Origin: Clostridia bacterium
GTDB taxonomy: Bacteria > Bacillota > Clostridia > UMGS1883 > UMGS1540
DNA length: 64,000 bases
Assembly (NCBI GenBank): GCA_045590195.1
Contig: JAZNQN010000044.1
Coordinates: forward strand, 19,186 to 83,185
Reading direction: 5' to 3'
Part shown: positions 17,717 through 27,443 of the stretch, one piece after another
How the letters are laid out: each line of letters begins with the position of its first letter
Numbering within the stretch: the first letter of the stretch is position 1
The notes under the pieces: model-generated
Told to the model about the DNA's origin: nothing
The model's database searches: none
The model's input: only the letters and a program-made list of their open reading frames with translations
Translations under genes and position numbers: made by a program

Positions 17717-18637
17717 ATGGAAGAAAAAAAGGGATTATTTCAACGCCTTAAAGCCGGGCTTACTAAAACCCGTGAAGCAATTTCAGAAAGCGTTGAAAAT
17801 GTATTTAAAGCTTTTGTAAAAGTTGATGAAGATTTATTTGAAGAGCTTTTGGAGGCACTTATAGAAGCCGACCTTGGCGCAACACTGGCTATGGACATTA
17901 CCGACGAACTTCGTGACAAAGTTAAATCCGAACGAATTACTGACGGCAATGAGGTGAGAAATGCGCTTTACGAAATTATTGCAGAAAAACTTGCAACCGA
18001 TACACCTTCGCTTGATTTATCGGGAAAGCCTGCAGTTATTTTTGTTATTGGCGTTAATGGCGTTGGTAAAACCACTACAATCGGTAAAATAGCATCAAAA
18101 CTTAAAGCTGAAGGCAAAACAGTTTTATTGGCTGCGGCCGATACATTTCGTGCAGCCGCTATAAATCAGCTTGATATTTGGGCACAACGTGCAGGTGTTG
18201 ATATTATTAAAGGTGCAGAAGGGGCCGACCCTTCCTCTGTTATATTTGATGCATGCACAGCTGCAAAAAAACGCGGTGCAGATGTTCTCATATGTGACAC
18301 TGCCGGAAGGCTTCACAACAAGAAAAACCTTATGGATGAGCTTTCAAAAATGTATCGTGTAATTGGCAGAGAACTTCCCGAAAGCTCAAAAGAAACTTTG
18401 CTTGTACTTGATGCCTCTACCGGACAAAATGCTTTGGTTCAGGCTCAGATGTTTGCAGAAACCTCTGAAATTACAGGAATTATTCTTACAAAACTTGATG
18501 GAACTGCCAAAGGCGGTATCGTGATTTCAATAGTTTCAAGCCTTGATATTCCCGTGAAATTCATTGGTGTTGGCGAAGAAGCTGACGACCTTCAACCGTT
18601 TAATCCAAGCGATTTTGCAAAGGCACTTTTCGAATAG
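17717..18637 (+). CDS. ftsY: Signal recognition particle receptor FtsY
   Basis: SRP-GTPase motifs GVNGVGKTTTIGK, DTAGR and TKLDGTAKGG. Confidence 0.95.
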   Translation: MEEKKGLFQRLKAGLTKTREAISESVENVFKAFVKVDEDLFEELLEALIEADLGATLAMDITDELRDKVKSERITDGNEVRNALYEIIAEKLATDTPSLDLSGKPAVIFVIGVNGVGKTTTIGKIASKLKAEGKTVLLAAADTFRAAAINQLDIWAQRAGVDIIKGAEGADPSSVIFDACTAAKKRGADVLICDTAGRLHNKKNLMDELSKMYRVIGRELPESSKETLLVLDASTGQNALVQAQMFAETSEITGIILTKLDGTAKGGIVISIVSSLDIPVKFIGVGEEADDLQPFNPSDFAKALFE

Positions 18638-18640
18638 GAG

Positions 18641-21337
18641 TTGATTGAAATTTTAAAAGGAAAAACTGTAAACCGCTTATTCTATGCTGCCATTTGGCTT
18701 GCAGCTTTCATACTGCTTTCATTTGTTCTGATTAAATTTGCAGCAAATGTTTTAGAAATAAGCGAAATCGGATACGAAGATGTTTATTTTAAAAATCTGT
18801 CTACAATTGTAGTAACAGGTTTAATTTCCTTTGGTATTTTATTTGTTGTTTTTGCCGCAAATCTTTTAATCTTGCGCAAAAATCTTGTGCGTATTTGGGG
18901 AACACCCAGCATAATGAAATCTGTTACATCTTCTTTTGTGTTCTCGGCAGTTTTTTCTTTGATTATATCAATTTTTGTAACATTAAGACTTTACCCACTT
19001 TACCTTCAGTTTTTCAGCAGTATTCCCTTTGGAACGGTTGACCCTATAATTGGGCAGGACATTGGTTACTATGTATTTCAGCGACCATTTTTGCTTGAAG
19101 CCTCAAATATGATTCAGTTTGTGCTTTTCTTTCAGATTATTTATTCTTTTGCAATTTATTCAATAAGCTATCTTAAAACAGATTTTCTTATGTATAAAGA
19201 GCTTTTTAAAGAAAAAAGAATTATGAATCATCTGTTAACATCTGTTGTAATTTACTTTATAAGTATTGCAATTTCTTATAAGTTTACTGCTGAAAATATT
19301 CTTTTCGGCGAATTTGGCAATCATCTTTCAGGGGCAGGTTTTACCGATGTTTTTATCTGGCAGAACCACTATAAAATTGCACCATTTGTTTTAATAGCAG
19401 TAATTGTGTTAACATTTATTTTTCTTAAGAAGAGCAAAATTAAATTTGCCGCTATCACCTTACTTATCGTTCCTCTTTTCTGGGTTGGAACTTTTATAAC
19501 CTCGGCTGTTTCCGAACTTTGGTTTGTAAAACCTTACGAGGTTTCCATGCAAAGAGCATATATAAATCATAATCTCGATGCAACCAAAAAGGCTTTTGGC
19601 CTTGATAACATAACTTTTAAAGAATTTCCTGCTGATGACAGCATTACTCTGCAAGATGTTTACGAAAATAAGAATACTGTTGATAATATTCGAATTACCG
19701 ACATAAATCAAACTCTTGCAGCTACTAATTCGCTTCAAAGCCTAAGAAGTTTTTATTCTTTTAACGACAGCGACATTATTCCGTATAATTTAAATGGTGT
19801 TAAAACTCCGCTTATGGTTTCTGTTCGTGAAACCGATCAGGATAAACTTCAGAAATCGGCCCAAAGCTATATAAATAAAAAACTTCGTTACACACACGGA
19901 TATGGCATTGTTGCAAATCCAACAAATTCTGTTACAGAAGAAGGTCAGCCAAACTATATTATTAAAGATATTCCTTCTTCTTCGCTTTCGGGTGCACCCC
20001 AAATTACTCAGCCCCGCATTTACTACGGAGAAAAAACCGACGATTATGTAATCGTTGGTACAAGATACAACGAGCTTGACTATATGGAAGGCGATAAAAC
20101 TGTTGAGTATTCTTATACCGGAAACAGTGGAATTAAATTAAATTTTTTAAACAGAATTATTTTCTCTGTTGATAAGCTTGACCCAATGCTTCTTATGTCA
20201 AGCTATATTTCGGGCGAAAGCAGGCTTTTAACTAATCGTGATATTTTAGACAGGGTTAATATTGCGGCTCCATTTTTAACCTACGATAACGACCCGTATA
20301 TTGTTATAGACTCAGATGGTACTTTAAAATGGGTTGTTGACATTTATACTACAACTAACCTTTACCCCTACGCTCAAAACTACAATGGAATAAATTATAT
20401 AAGAAACAGCGCCAAAGCGGTTGTAGATGCATACAGCGGCGAAGTTACTTTTTATATTACTGATATGACAGATCCTATTATAAGGGTTTTCAGCCGAATG
20501 TATCCAACTCTGTTTTGCTTTGATCCTATTCCTGAATGTGTTATAAATCAGGCGCGTTATCCTGAGTATATATTCAAACTCCAGTCGGAAGTTTATAAAA
20601 TGTATCATGTTACCGAGCCCGAGGCACTTTACAGTAATTCAGATATATGGGTAACTGCAAAAGAAAAATACTCACAGGATGAAACTGTTGATGTTGCACC
20701 CTATTATAACTTAATGAACTTAGGAAACGGCGATGACCTCGTTTTAATGCAGCCATATACCCCTCAGGGAAAAGAAACACTGGTAGCATGGATTGCCGCA
20801 AGCAGCCTTTACGACAGCTACGGCAAATTAACTGTTTACACCTTCCCTAAGGGAAAAACTGTTTATGGTACACTTCACGTAGAAAACAAAATCGATAACG
20901 ACCCTAACATTTCAAAAGAAATTTCACTTTGGGATCAGGGCGGCTCGAAGGTAATCAAAGGAAATCTTCTGGTAATACCTATTAAAAATTCTCTGCTTTA
21001 CGTTGAGCCAATATATATCACTGCAAAAAATTCGGCAGCTCTGCCTGAAGTTAAAAGAGTTGTTGTATGCTTTGGCGACAAAGTTGCCATGGAACCCACC
21101 CTTTGGGGAGCAATAGATGTTTTATTCGGCGGAAAACAGCCCACTGTTCCTGCCGACAGCACTCAGCAGTTAACTGTTGATGACCTTATGAAGGACGCAG
21201 TTAAAAAATACGAAGAGGCAAAAGAAAACAGCGCTTCGGGAAATTTTGAAACATTTGGCAAAGCCCTTGACCAGCTTGGCGATATTTTAAATCAGATGAA
21301 TGAAAAAATATCTGAAAACAAAGCTGAAACGGATTAA
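18641..21337 (+). CDS. Large membrane protein, UPF0182 (COG1615)-like
   Basis: About 7 N-terminal TM helices followed by a ~650-aa soluble region. The family assignment is from memory of the architecture only. Confidence 0.5.
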   Translation: MIEILKGKTVNRLFYAAIWLAAFILLSFVLIKFAANVLEISEIGYEDVYFKNLSTIVVTGLISFGILFVVFAANLLILRKNLVRIWGTPSIMKSVTSSFVFSAVFSLIISIFVTLRLYPLYLQFFSSIPFGTVDPIIGQDIGYYVFQRPFLLEASNMIQFVLFFQIIYSFAIYSISYLKTDFLMYKELFKEKRIMNHLLTSVVIYFISIAISYKFTAENILFGEFGNHLSGAGFTDVFIWQNHYKIAPFVLIAVIVLTFIFLKKSKIKFAAITLLIVPLFWVGTFITSAVSELWFVKPYEVSMQRAYINHNLDATKKAFGLDNITFKEFPADDSITLQDVYENKNTVDNIRITDINQTLAATNSLQSLRSFYSFNDSDIIPYNLNGVKTPLMVSVRETDQDKLQKSAQSYINKKLRYTHGYGIVANPTNSVTEEGQPNYIIKDIPSSSLSGAPQITQPRIYYGEKTDDYVIVGTRYNELDYMEGDKTVEYSYTGNSGIKLNFLNRIIFSVDKLDPMLLMSSYISGESRLLTNRDILDRVNIAAPFLTYDNDPYIVIDSDGTLKWVVDIYTTTNLYPYAQNYNGINYIRNSAKAVVDAYSGEVTFYITDMTDPIIRVFSRMYPTLFCFDPIPECVINQARYPEYIFKLQSEVYKMYHVTEPEALYSNSDIWVTAKEKYSQDETVDVAPYYNLMNLGNGDDLVLMQPYTPQGKETLVAWIAASSLYDSYGKLTVYTFPKGKTVYGTLHVENKIDNDPNISKEISLWDQGGSKVIKGNLLVIPIKNSLLYVEPIYITAKNSAALPEVKRVVVCFGDKVAMEPTLWGAIDVLFGGKQPTVPADSTQQLTVDDLMKDAVKKYEEAKENSASGNFETFGKALDQLGDILNQMNEKISENKAETD

Positions 21338-21351
21338 TATTTAAAATAGTC

Positions 21352-21380
21352 TTGATTAGTTTAGAAATATACTGTATAAT
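21352..21380 (+). promoter_or_regulatory. Sigma-A promoter upstream of ruvX
   Basis: TTGATT, a 17-nt spacer and TATAAT. Confidence 0.6.
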
Positions 21381-21409
21381 ATAGTTATACTTAAATTAGG
21401 AGAATTTTT

Positions 21410-21817
21410 GTGCGAATTATAGGATTTGACTATGGTGACAGCAGAATAGGCGTTGCAGTTAGCGACCTTTTAGGGCTTACAGCCCAGAGCGTTGGCCTTA
21501 TAGCCGAAAAAAACTTTGAAAAACAAGTTATAAAGGTTTTAGAGTATTGCGATGAATACAAAGCAGAAAAAATTGTTTTAGGTATGCCTAAAAATATGAA
21601 CGGAACAATTGGCGAACGCGGCGAAAAAACTCAGCTTTTTGCCGATGCACTCAGGGAAAAAACCTCTGTTCCCATAATTTTTTGGGATGAACGCCTTACA
21701 ACTTCTGCCGCACACAGAACACTTTCCGAAAGTAACGTAAGTGGAAAAAAACGAAAAGGTATTCTTGATAAAATAGCTGCAGTTTTTATTTTGCAGGGTT
21801 ATCTTGACAGCCTTTAA
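21410..21817 (+). CDS. ruvX: Holliday-junction resolvase-like nuclease RuvX/YqgF
   Basis: MRIIGFDYGDSRIGVAVSD with a GTG start. The length of 135 aa fits the family. Confidence 0.9.
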   Translation: MRIIGFDYGDSRIGVAVSDLLGLTAQSVGLIAEKNFEKQVIKVLEYCDEYKAEKIVLGMPKNMNGTIGERGEKTQLFADALREKTSVPIIFWDERLTTSAAHRTLSESNVSGKKRKGILDKIAAVFILQGYLDSL

Positions 21818-21842
21818 TATATTTTAAGAGAGGTAGTATAAA

Positions 21843-22130
21843 ATGAGCGAAGAAAGAGATAATATTGTTGTACTTGTTGATGATGAAGGCCAGGAGCTTA
21901 AGTTTGAAGTTCTTGATATAATCGAGTATGAAGGAAGCGAATATGCCGCAGGCCTTGATGCTGACAAGGCTGATTCTGATGATGAAGAAGATACTGTTAT
22001 TATTATGAAAATTGTTCACGCAAACGAAGAAGAAGATATTTTAGAGCCTGTTGCAGACGAGGCTACTCTTCAGGCAGTTTTCGAAATTTTCAAAGAACAT
22101 ATGGCAGACGAATTCGAATTTGAAGAATAA
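21843..22130 (+). CDS. DUF1292 (YrzB-like) small acidic protein
   Basis: IVVLVDDEGQELKFEVLDIIEYEGSEYA. The position directly downstream of ruvX is typical in Firmicutes. Confidence 0.75.
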   Translation: MSEERDNIVVLVDDEGQELKFEVLDIIEYEGSEYAAGLDADKADSDDEEDTVIIMKIVHANEEEDILEPVADEATLQAVFEIFKEHMADEFEFEE

Positions 22131-22133
22131 TAA

Positions 22134-22326
22134 GTTCCCTGCTGTGTGTCGGGAGACGGAGCAATAATTTTTTCCGATGCTATTTTAAACGGGAGATTAA
22201 ATAAATACAATTGGTGTGTAAGGCCCCCCGCTTTGCGGTTTGAGGGTAACCCGTAGATTGTAATGATAATCACCCACCTGACTTTTCAGGTTAAAATTTA
22301 TCCGTTTATCGCCACTTGCGGGGCTA
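22134..22326 (+). ncRNA. Candidate structured ncRNA, 6S RNA-like (about 190 nt)
   Basis: This is a gene-free interval between convergent genes. The 5' segment 22137-22159 pairs with the 3' segment 22302-22324 (17 of 23 pairs, including 6 G-U pairs that only work on the plus strand). Internal hairpins are CCGC-TTT-GCGG and ACCTGA-CTTT-TCAGGT. A terminator follows at 22337-22363. Confidence 0.4.
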
Positions 22327-22336
22327 AATAAAAAAT

Positions 22337-22363
22337 AAGAGCTATGACAGCGTCATAGCTCTT
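22337..22363. terminator. Bidirectional terminator (ncRNA candidate / tyrS)
   Basis: 12-bp stem AAGAGCTATGAC / GTCATAGCTCTT with T-rich flanks on both strands. Confidence 0.8.
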
Positions 22364-22372
22364 TTAGTTTTC

Positions 22373-23599
22373 TTATTTTAATGTAATTTTAAGGTATGCT
22401 TTCTTACCTCTTTTTGCAACAAGGCCATCATCGCCAAAATCTTCAACTGTAACCTTCTCATCAAAAGCAGCTACTTTTTTATCGTTAATTGTAAGGCCAC
22501 CCTGTTGAACAAGACGTTTAGCTTCAGATTTTGAAGGAAGGAAACCTGCGGCTACAACTAAATCTATTGCTGTCATACCTGCTTCAACATCAGCTTTTGA
22601 AACCTCTGCAGTAGGCATATCAGCCGAAACACCGCCACCTGCAAAAATTGCTCTTGCAGCATCCTGTGCTTTTTTAGCTTCTTCTTCGCCATGAACAAGT
22701 TTTGTAACCTCAAAAGCAAGGCGTTCTTTAACTTCATTAAGCTGCTGTCCTTCAAGTTTTTCATATTCTCTTATTTCTTCCATAGGTACAAATGTAACAA
22801 GCTTCATAAAGCGGCAAACATCGGCATCCTGAACATTTCTCCAGTACTGATAAAATTCAAACGGAGAAACTTTTTCGGGGTCAAGCCAAAGAGCACCTTT
22901 AGCAGTTTTACCCATTTTCTGGCCTTCGCTGTTTGTAAGAAGGGTAAATGTCATACCATAAACCTGTTTGTTTTCTTTTCTTCTTACAAGGTCGATACCG
23001 CCCAAAATATTGCTCCACTGGTCATCGCCACCGAGCTCAATTTTACAATCGTACTCTTTTGAAAGACAAAGGAAATCGTAGCTCTGCATAAGCATATAGT
23101 TAAATTCAAGGAACGAAAGACCTTTTTCAAGTCTTGTCTGGAAGCATTTTGCACGAAGCATTTCATTAACTGAGAAGCACGAGCCGATATCTCTTAAAAA
23201 TTCAATGTAATTTAAGTTTCTGAGCCAATCGGCATTATTTACCATAATAGCCTTGTCATCAGAAAAATCAACTATACATGAAAGCTGTTTTTTAAATCTT
23301 TCACAGTTATAGTTAATTGTGTCAACAGTCATCATCTGGCGCATATCTGTTCTGCCCGATGGGTCGCCAACCATAGCGGTTCCACCACCAACAAGGGCAA
23401 TTGGGCGATGGCCTGCGTTTTGCATATGGCGCATTACAACCATCTGCAAGAAGTGGCCGATATGGAGAGAATCTGCAGTTGGGTCAAAGCCAATATAAAA
23501 AGTTACTTTTTCTTTTCCTAAAAGTTCACGAATTTCTTCTTCGTGAGTTGTTTGCGCAATAAGACCGCGCTCTTTTAAAATATCAAAAACGTTAGTCAT
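22373..23599 (-). CDS. tyrS: Tyrosyl-tRNA synthetase
   Basis: [17 protein letters not shown] (HIGH motif), KMGKT (KMSKS-type motif) and a C-terminal S4-like domain. Confidence 0.95.
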   Translation of the reverse strand: MTNVFDILKERGLIAQTTHEEEIRELLGKEKVTFYIGFDPTADSLHIGHFLQMVVMRHMQNAGHRPIALVGGGTAMVGDPSGRTDMRQMMTVDTINYNCERFKKQLSCIVDFSDDKAIMVNNADWLRNLNYIEFLRDIGSCFSVNEMLRAKCFQTRLEKGLSFLEFNYMLMQSYDFLCLSKEYDCKIELGGDDQWSNILGGIDLVRRKENKQVYGMTFTLLTNSEGQKMGKTAKGALWLDPEKVSPFEFYQYWRNVQDADVCRFMKLVTFVPMEEIREYEKLEGQQLNEVKERLAFEVTKLVHGEEEAKKAQDAARAIFAGGGVSADMPTAEVSKADVEAGMTAIDLVVAAGFLPSKSEAKRLVQQGGLTINDKKVAAFDEKVTVEDFGDDGLVAKRGKKAYLKITLK

Positions 23600-23663
23600 A
23601 AATTTATCCTCTCTTTAGCATAATATAGTATTTTATCACATAAAAGTAAAACTTTCAAGTGTT

Positions 23664-24590
23664 TTATACATATAATCCCAAAATTCCAAACATAATTGGT
23701 ATAGTAATTATACTTAAAATGTTCGACATAAATGTAGCTTTCGCCCCTGTAAGCGAATCGCCGCCGTATGCCTCGGGAAAAACAACGCTATTAAGCCCAA
23801 GTGGCATTGCTAGTGTAACAATAGCAACAGTTACAAATATTGTATCAACTTTTAAAAGCATCATTACTGCAAAAAAAGCTATCGGAATTATAATACCACG
23901 TAAAAATGCAGTAACAAACAGCCTGATGTCTTTAAAAATTGGCTTAATTGGCGTTGCACCAAGAACAAACCCTGTAAGAATCATTGCTGAAGGCGACATA
24001 CAGCTTTCTGCCGAGGTAAGCGCTTTCATAAGAAAAGTAGGAAGTTTTATTTCTGCAATTCCAAAAATCATTCCTAAAATCAAAGCAATAATTATTGGAT
24101 TTAAAAGTTTTTTTGCGGTAAAGCTTCTGTTTGGGTTTAGTATGTACATTCCGTAAGTATAAATTGTAAACTGATACGGAATTGCAAACATCATCATAAA
24201 AAAAAGCATCTGCTCGCCAAAAACAGCCTCCATAAGCGGGTAACCCATATAACCAAGGTTAGGAATTAAAAGACTGTACATATAAACATCTTTCTGCAAA
24301 TTATTCTTCGCGAGAAGTTTTGAAAAAATTTTCGCAGGAACAAAGCTTATTGCCAAAACTAAAATACCAAAAAGAAGTAAATACATATTCTCCGAAAGAT
24401 TTTTCAAATTAAAATTTTCAAGAAAATTCAGAAAAAACATGGCCGGAAGAAAAAGATTTACAAGCAAGCTTGATAAAACTTTGCTAACATCATCCCCGCC
24501 TATTTTCTTTTTCCTCATAATAAAGCCTATTATCATAAAAAGGAACATATTCCCAAGCTGATTTAATGTTAAATTTAATGTTTCAAACAA
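23664..24590 (-). CDS. AEC (auxin-efflux-carrier) family permease
   Basis: About 10 TM helices in 308 aa. The N-terminal pattern LFMIIGFIMRKKKI...LVNLFLPAMFF resembles AEC-family transporters. Confidence 0.55.
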   Translation of the reverse strand: MFETLNLTLNQLGNMFLFMIIGFIMRKKKIGGDDVSKVLSSLLVNLFLPAMFFLNFLENFNLKNLSENMYLLLFGILVLAISFVPAKIFSKLLAKNNLQKDVYMYSLLIPNLGYMGYPLMEAVFGEQMLFFMMMFAIPYQFTIYTYGMYILNPNRSFTAKKLLNPIIIALILGMIFGIAEIKLPTFLMKALTSAESCMSPSAMILTGFVLGATPIKPIFKDIRLFVTAFLRGIIIPIAFFAVMMLLKVDTIFVTVAIVTLAMPLGLNSVVFPEAYGGDSLTGAKATFMSNILSIITIPIMFGILGLYV

Positions 24591-24592
24591 TT

Positions 24593-25432
24593 TTATGCCT
24601 CCAAATTATAAAGCTTTTTCAAAAGTGCAATTTCTCTGGCATAACCTTCAATTTCGTTTGGAGTTTCGAGATAAAATGGCAAATTACAAACCCTTTTATT
24701 ATTTATAATTTTTACCATAGCATCAATGCCAATATTGCCGTCGCCTATTTTTTCGTGACGGTCTTTGTGAGCACCTTGTGGATTCATACTGTCATTTATA
24801 TGAATTGCACGAAGGCGTGAAAGACCAATAACACGGTCAAATTCGTCTAAAACGCCATCGAAATTTTCTACAACATCATATCCGCCATCGTGTACGTGAC
24901 ATGTGTCAAGACAAACTCCTAATTTTTCAGAAAGTTCAACTTTGTCTATAATTTCTTTTATTTCCTCAAAGTTTCTGCCAATTTCACTGCCTTTTCCAGC
25001 CATTGTTTCAAGTAAAACAGTTGTTGTTTGCTCAGGTTTTAAAATTTCGTTTAAGGCATCGCTTATAAACTTAATTCCAACCTCTACTCCCTGCCCCGTG
25101 TGACTGCCCGGATGAAAATTATACAAATTGTTTGGGGTATATTCCATTCTCATAAGGTCGTCGGCCATAGTATTTTTTGCAAATTCTCTTATACCTTTAT
25201 CAGCTGAGCAAAGATTTAATGTATAAGGAGCGTGGGCTAAAATAACGTCTATTCCGTTTTCTTTAGAGAACTCCAAAAAAGCGGCAACATCTTTTTCGTC
25301 AATATCCTTAGCTTTTCCGCCACGTGGATTTCTTGTAAAAAACTGAAAAGTATTAGCACCTATACTAATTGCTTCTTTTCCCATTGCAAGATAACCTTTT
25401 GAAGCGGAAAGGTGACATCCTATTTTAAACAT
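24593..25432 (-). CDS. nfo: Endonuclease IV (AP endonuclease)
   Basis: [32 protein letters not shown] and AIHINDS. The start is placed at the internal ATG (25432), 1 nt after the upstream stop. Confidence 0.9.
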   Translation of the reverse strand: MFKIGCHLSASKGYLAMGKEAISIGANTFQFFTRNPRGGKAKDIDEKDVAAFLEFSKENGIDVILAHAPYTLNLCSADKGIREFAKNTMADDLMRMEYTPNNLYNFHPGSHTGQGVEVGIKFISDALNEILKPEQTTTVLLETMAGKGSEIGRNFEEIKEIIDKVELSEKLGVCLDTCHVHDGGYDVVENFDGVLDEFDRVIGLSRLRAIHINDSMNPQGAHKDRHEKIGDGNIGIDAMVKIINNKRVCNLPFYLETPNEIEGYAREIALLKKLYNLEA

Positions 25433-25433
25433 C

Positions 25434-25847
25434 TTAATTCCTCTCTTTGTCAAATTTATCAACGTTTTCAAGTAGTGAATTCACGCTTTTGAACCATTCA
25501 ATAATCATATGGCGCATCATTCCAACATCTTCCGATTTTGCCAATAGACCAAAAATCGGTTTTCCCATTCCGTACGCCATACCTATTTCTGCCCATGCAT
25601 CGCATCCTGATGGGCCAACATAAATTATAAGGTCGGCACTTTTAACGGAGGTTACGCAAAAATTGAATACACCCTGTCCAACTTCACTATATATAAACGC
25701 ATCAAGGTCTTTTTTAGAAAGAAAAGCCTCTTCAGGTCTACCCTCACGAAGCCACGACAAAATCGTGTGTCCTCTCTCTTCTAAAAGATTTGTAAGCATT
25801 TCAACCGCGTGCTGATGCTTCCAGGAAGCCGCTATATATATTTTCAT
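25434..25847 (-). CDS. Nucleoside 2-deoxyribosyltransferase-fold (NDT/DNPH1-like) small protein
   Basis: MKIYIAASW... and [19 protein letters not shown] match the D..T..E.G.A...GKP nucleophile-Glu motif of the NDT superfamily. Confidence 0.5.
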   Translation of the reverse strand: MKIYIAASWKHQHAVEMLTNLLEERGHTILSWLREGRPEEAFLSKKDLDAFIYSEVGQGVFNFCVTSVKSADLIIYVGPSGCDAWAEIGMAYGMGKPIFGLLAKSEDVGMMRHMIIEWFKSVNSLLENVDKFDKERN

Positions 25848-25973
25848 AATTATCCCTCCAAATTCCAGTTTATTTTACCACATTTTTTTATTTATGTACA
25901 CCCTTTTATTTAAAAAATATTGAAAACTTTAAAGTATTGTGTTAAAATTTAAGAAAAAACTTTGGAGTATCTA

Positions 25974-27095
25974 ATGAGTGATTTTGAAGTGATTTCACAA
26001 AAAGCAATTAAATACTTAAAGTCTTCGGGATTTGAGGCTTATGTTGTTGGTGGATTTGTAAGAAACACTTTAATGGGACTTCCTGTTTCTGATATTGATA
26101 TATGTACAAACGCTCTGCCCGAAGAAATAGGCAGGGTTTTTACCGAATTTAATGTTTATGAAACAGGAATTAAACACGGAACCGTAACGGTTATAATTGA
26201 TAAAACCCCCGTAGAAATCACAACTTACAGAATTGATGGCGAATATAAAAATCACAGGAAACCTGATGAAGTTTTGTTTACAACTTCAATTTACGAAGAT
26301 TTAAGCAGGCGTGATTTTACCATAAACGCAATGGCTTTTGACGAAAATCAAAACATTTTGGATTTGTTTGACGGCAGAGAAGATTTGATAAACAATATTG
26401 TTCGCTGCGTTGGAAATGCAGAAAAACGATTTGAAGAAGATGCTCTGCGAATTTTAAGAGCCCTTCGTTTTTCTTCGGTTCTGGGTTTTGATGTTGAAGA
26501 TACAACAAAAAAAGCTATTTTTTCAAAATTTAAGCTTTTATCATTTGTTTCAAAAGAAAGAATTACCGAAGAGATATTAAAACTTTTAGGCGGAAAACAC
26601 GCCAAAATTATTTTAAAAGAGTTTTCTGAAATTTTTGAATACTTATCGGGAGGCAAAATATCTGAAAAACTTTATCTTGAAAAAAACGATCCTCTCATTT
26701 TGCTTTCCTTTTTTGAAAAAACTGATTTTTTAAGGCTCTCGGCAAGCGACAGCAAAATCATTAAATTCATAAAAGAAAACTGCCACAAAACTATTATTTC
26801 TGACTACGATATTTTAAGCCTTTTAAATTGCGGTGGAGTTGATGCTACTGAAAAGATTATGCTTCTTTCAAAAAACTGCCACCTTCTTAAAACTTTTTAT
26901 AAATTGGCAGAAAACGGATGCTACTTTGAAAAACATCTCGCTGTTTCCGGCAATGATATTATAAAGCTTGGCTACAATGGAAAAGATGTTGGGAAAATTT
27001 TGAATAGCATTTTAAACCTCGTAATGCAAGGCGAAATTTCAAACAAATATGAGGTTTTAATGGACTTTATTAAAAAAAATAAATTTTTTGCATAA
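25974..27095 (+). CDS. cca: CCA-adding tRNA nucleotidyltransferase
   Basis: YVVGGFVRNTLMGLPVSDIDICT and RRDFTINAMA. The start is at ATG 25974, 8 nt after GGAG. Confidence 0.85.
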   Translation: MSDFEVISQKAIKYLKSSGFEAYVVGGFVRNTLMGLPVSDIDICTNALPEEIGRVFTEFNVYETGIKHGTVTVIIDKTPVEITTYRIDGEYKNHRKPDEVLFTTSIYEDLSRRDFTINAMAFDENQNILDLFDGREDLINNIVRCVGNAEKRFEEDALRILRALRFSSVLGFDVEDTTKKAIFSKFKLLSFVSKERITEEILKLLGGKHAKIILKEFSEIFEYLSGGKISEKLYLEKNDPLILLSFFEKTDFLRLSASDSKIIKFIKENCHKTIISDYDILSLLNCGGVDATEKIMLLSKNCHLLKTFYKLAENGCYFEKHLAVSGNDIIKLGYNGKDVGKILNSILNLVMQGEISNKYEVLMDFIKKNKFFA

Positions 27096-27101
27096 ATTTG
27101 C

Positions 27102-27130
27102 TTGCATTATTAAAAATTATGTGTTATAAT
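27102..27130 (+). promoter_or_regulatory. Sigma-A promoter of rpmE with extended -10
   Basis: TTGCAT, a 17-nt spacer ending in TGTGT, and TATAAT. Confidence 0.65.
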
Positions 27131-27171
27131 AACTGAGTTATTAGATGTATTCTATGAAAGAGGTGAAACAA

Positions 27172-27375
27172 ATGAGAGAAGGAATTCATCCCGAATACCA
27201 GCCCACAACAATTAAGTGCGCTTGTGGAAATGTTATAGAAACCGGTTCGACAAAGGAAAATCTTTCTGTTGAAATTTGCTCCGAGTGTCATCCTTTCTTT
27301 ACAGGTAAACAGAAATTGGTTGATACAGGCGGACGTGTTGAGAAATTCAAAAAGAGATTTAACTTGGAAAAATAA
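27172..27375 (+). CDS. rpmE: 50S ribosomal protein L31
   Basis: [20 protein letters not shown]...[24 protein letters not shown] is upstream of ATG 27172. Confidence 0.95.
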   Translation: MREGIHPEYQPTTIKCACGNVIETGSTKENLSVEICSECHPFFTGKQKLVDTGGRVEKFKKRFNLEK

Positions 27376-27390
27376 GACCACAATAGTAAG

Positions 27391-27420
27391 AAGCGCAAAA
27401 ATTTGCGCTTTTTATTTTTA
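27391..27420 (+). terminator. Terminator after rpmE
   Basis: AAGCGCAAA / TTTGCGCTT stem followed by TTTATTTTT. Confidence 0.8.
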
Positions 27421-27443
27421 CACTTTATTCTTGAGGTGATTAC

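Noticed and set aside
22134-22326. SRP RNA, tmRNA or RNase P RNA identity for the structured interval
   Set aside because: It lacks the conserved SRP domain IV sequence (GGUGCUGUUUACCAGG-type), the tmRNA tRNA-like ends and tag ORF, and is too short for RNase P.
22131-22372. T-box leader or riboswitch for tyrS
   Set aside because: The interval lies at the 3' end of tyrS, which is on the minus strand with its start at 23599. I found no T-box sequence, specifier-loop features or downstream plus-strand gene. The real tyrS upstream spacer (23600-23663) is too short for a T-box.
23659-24156. 165-aa plus-strand ORF
   Set aside because: It is antisense to the AEC permease gene, and its hydrophobic mirror-image composition is explained by that. 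No RBS is present.
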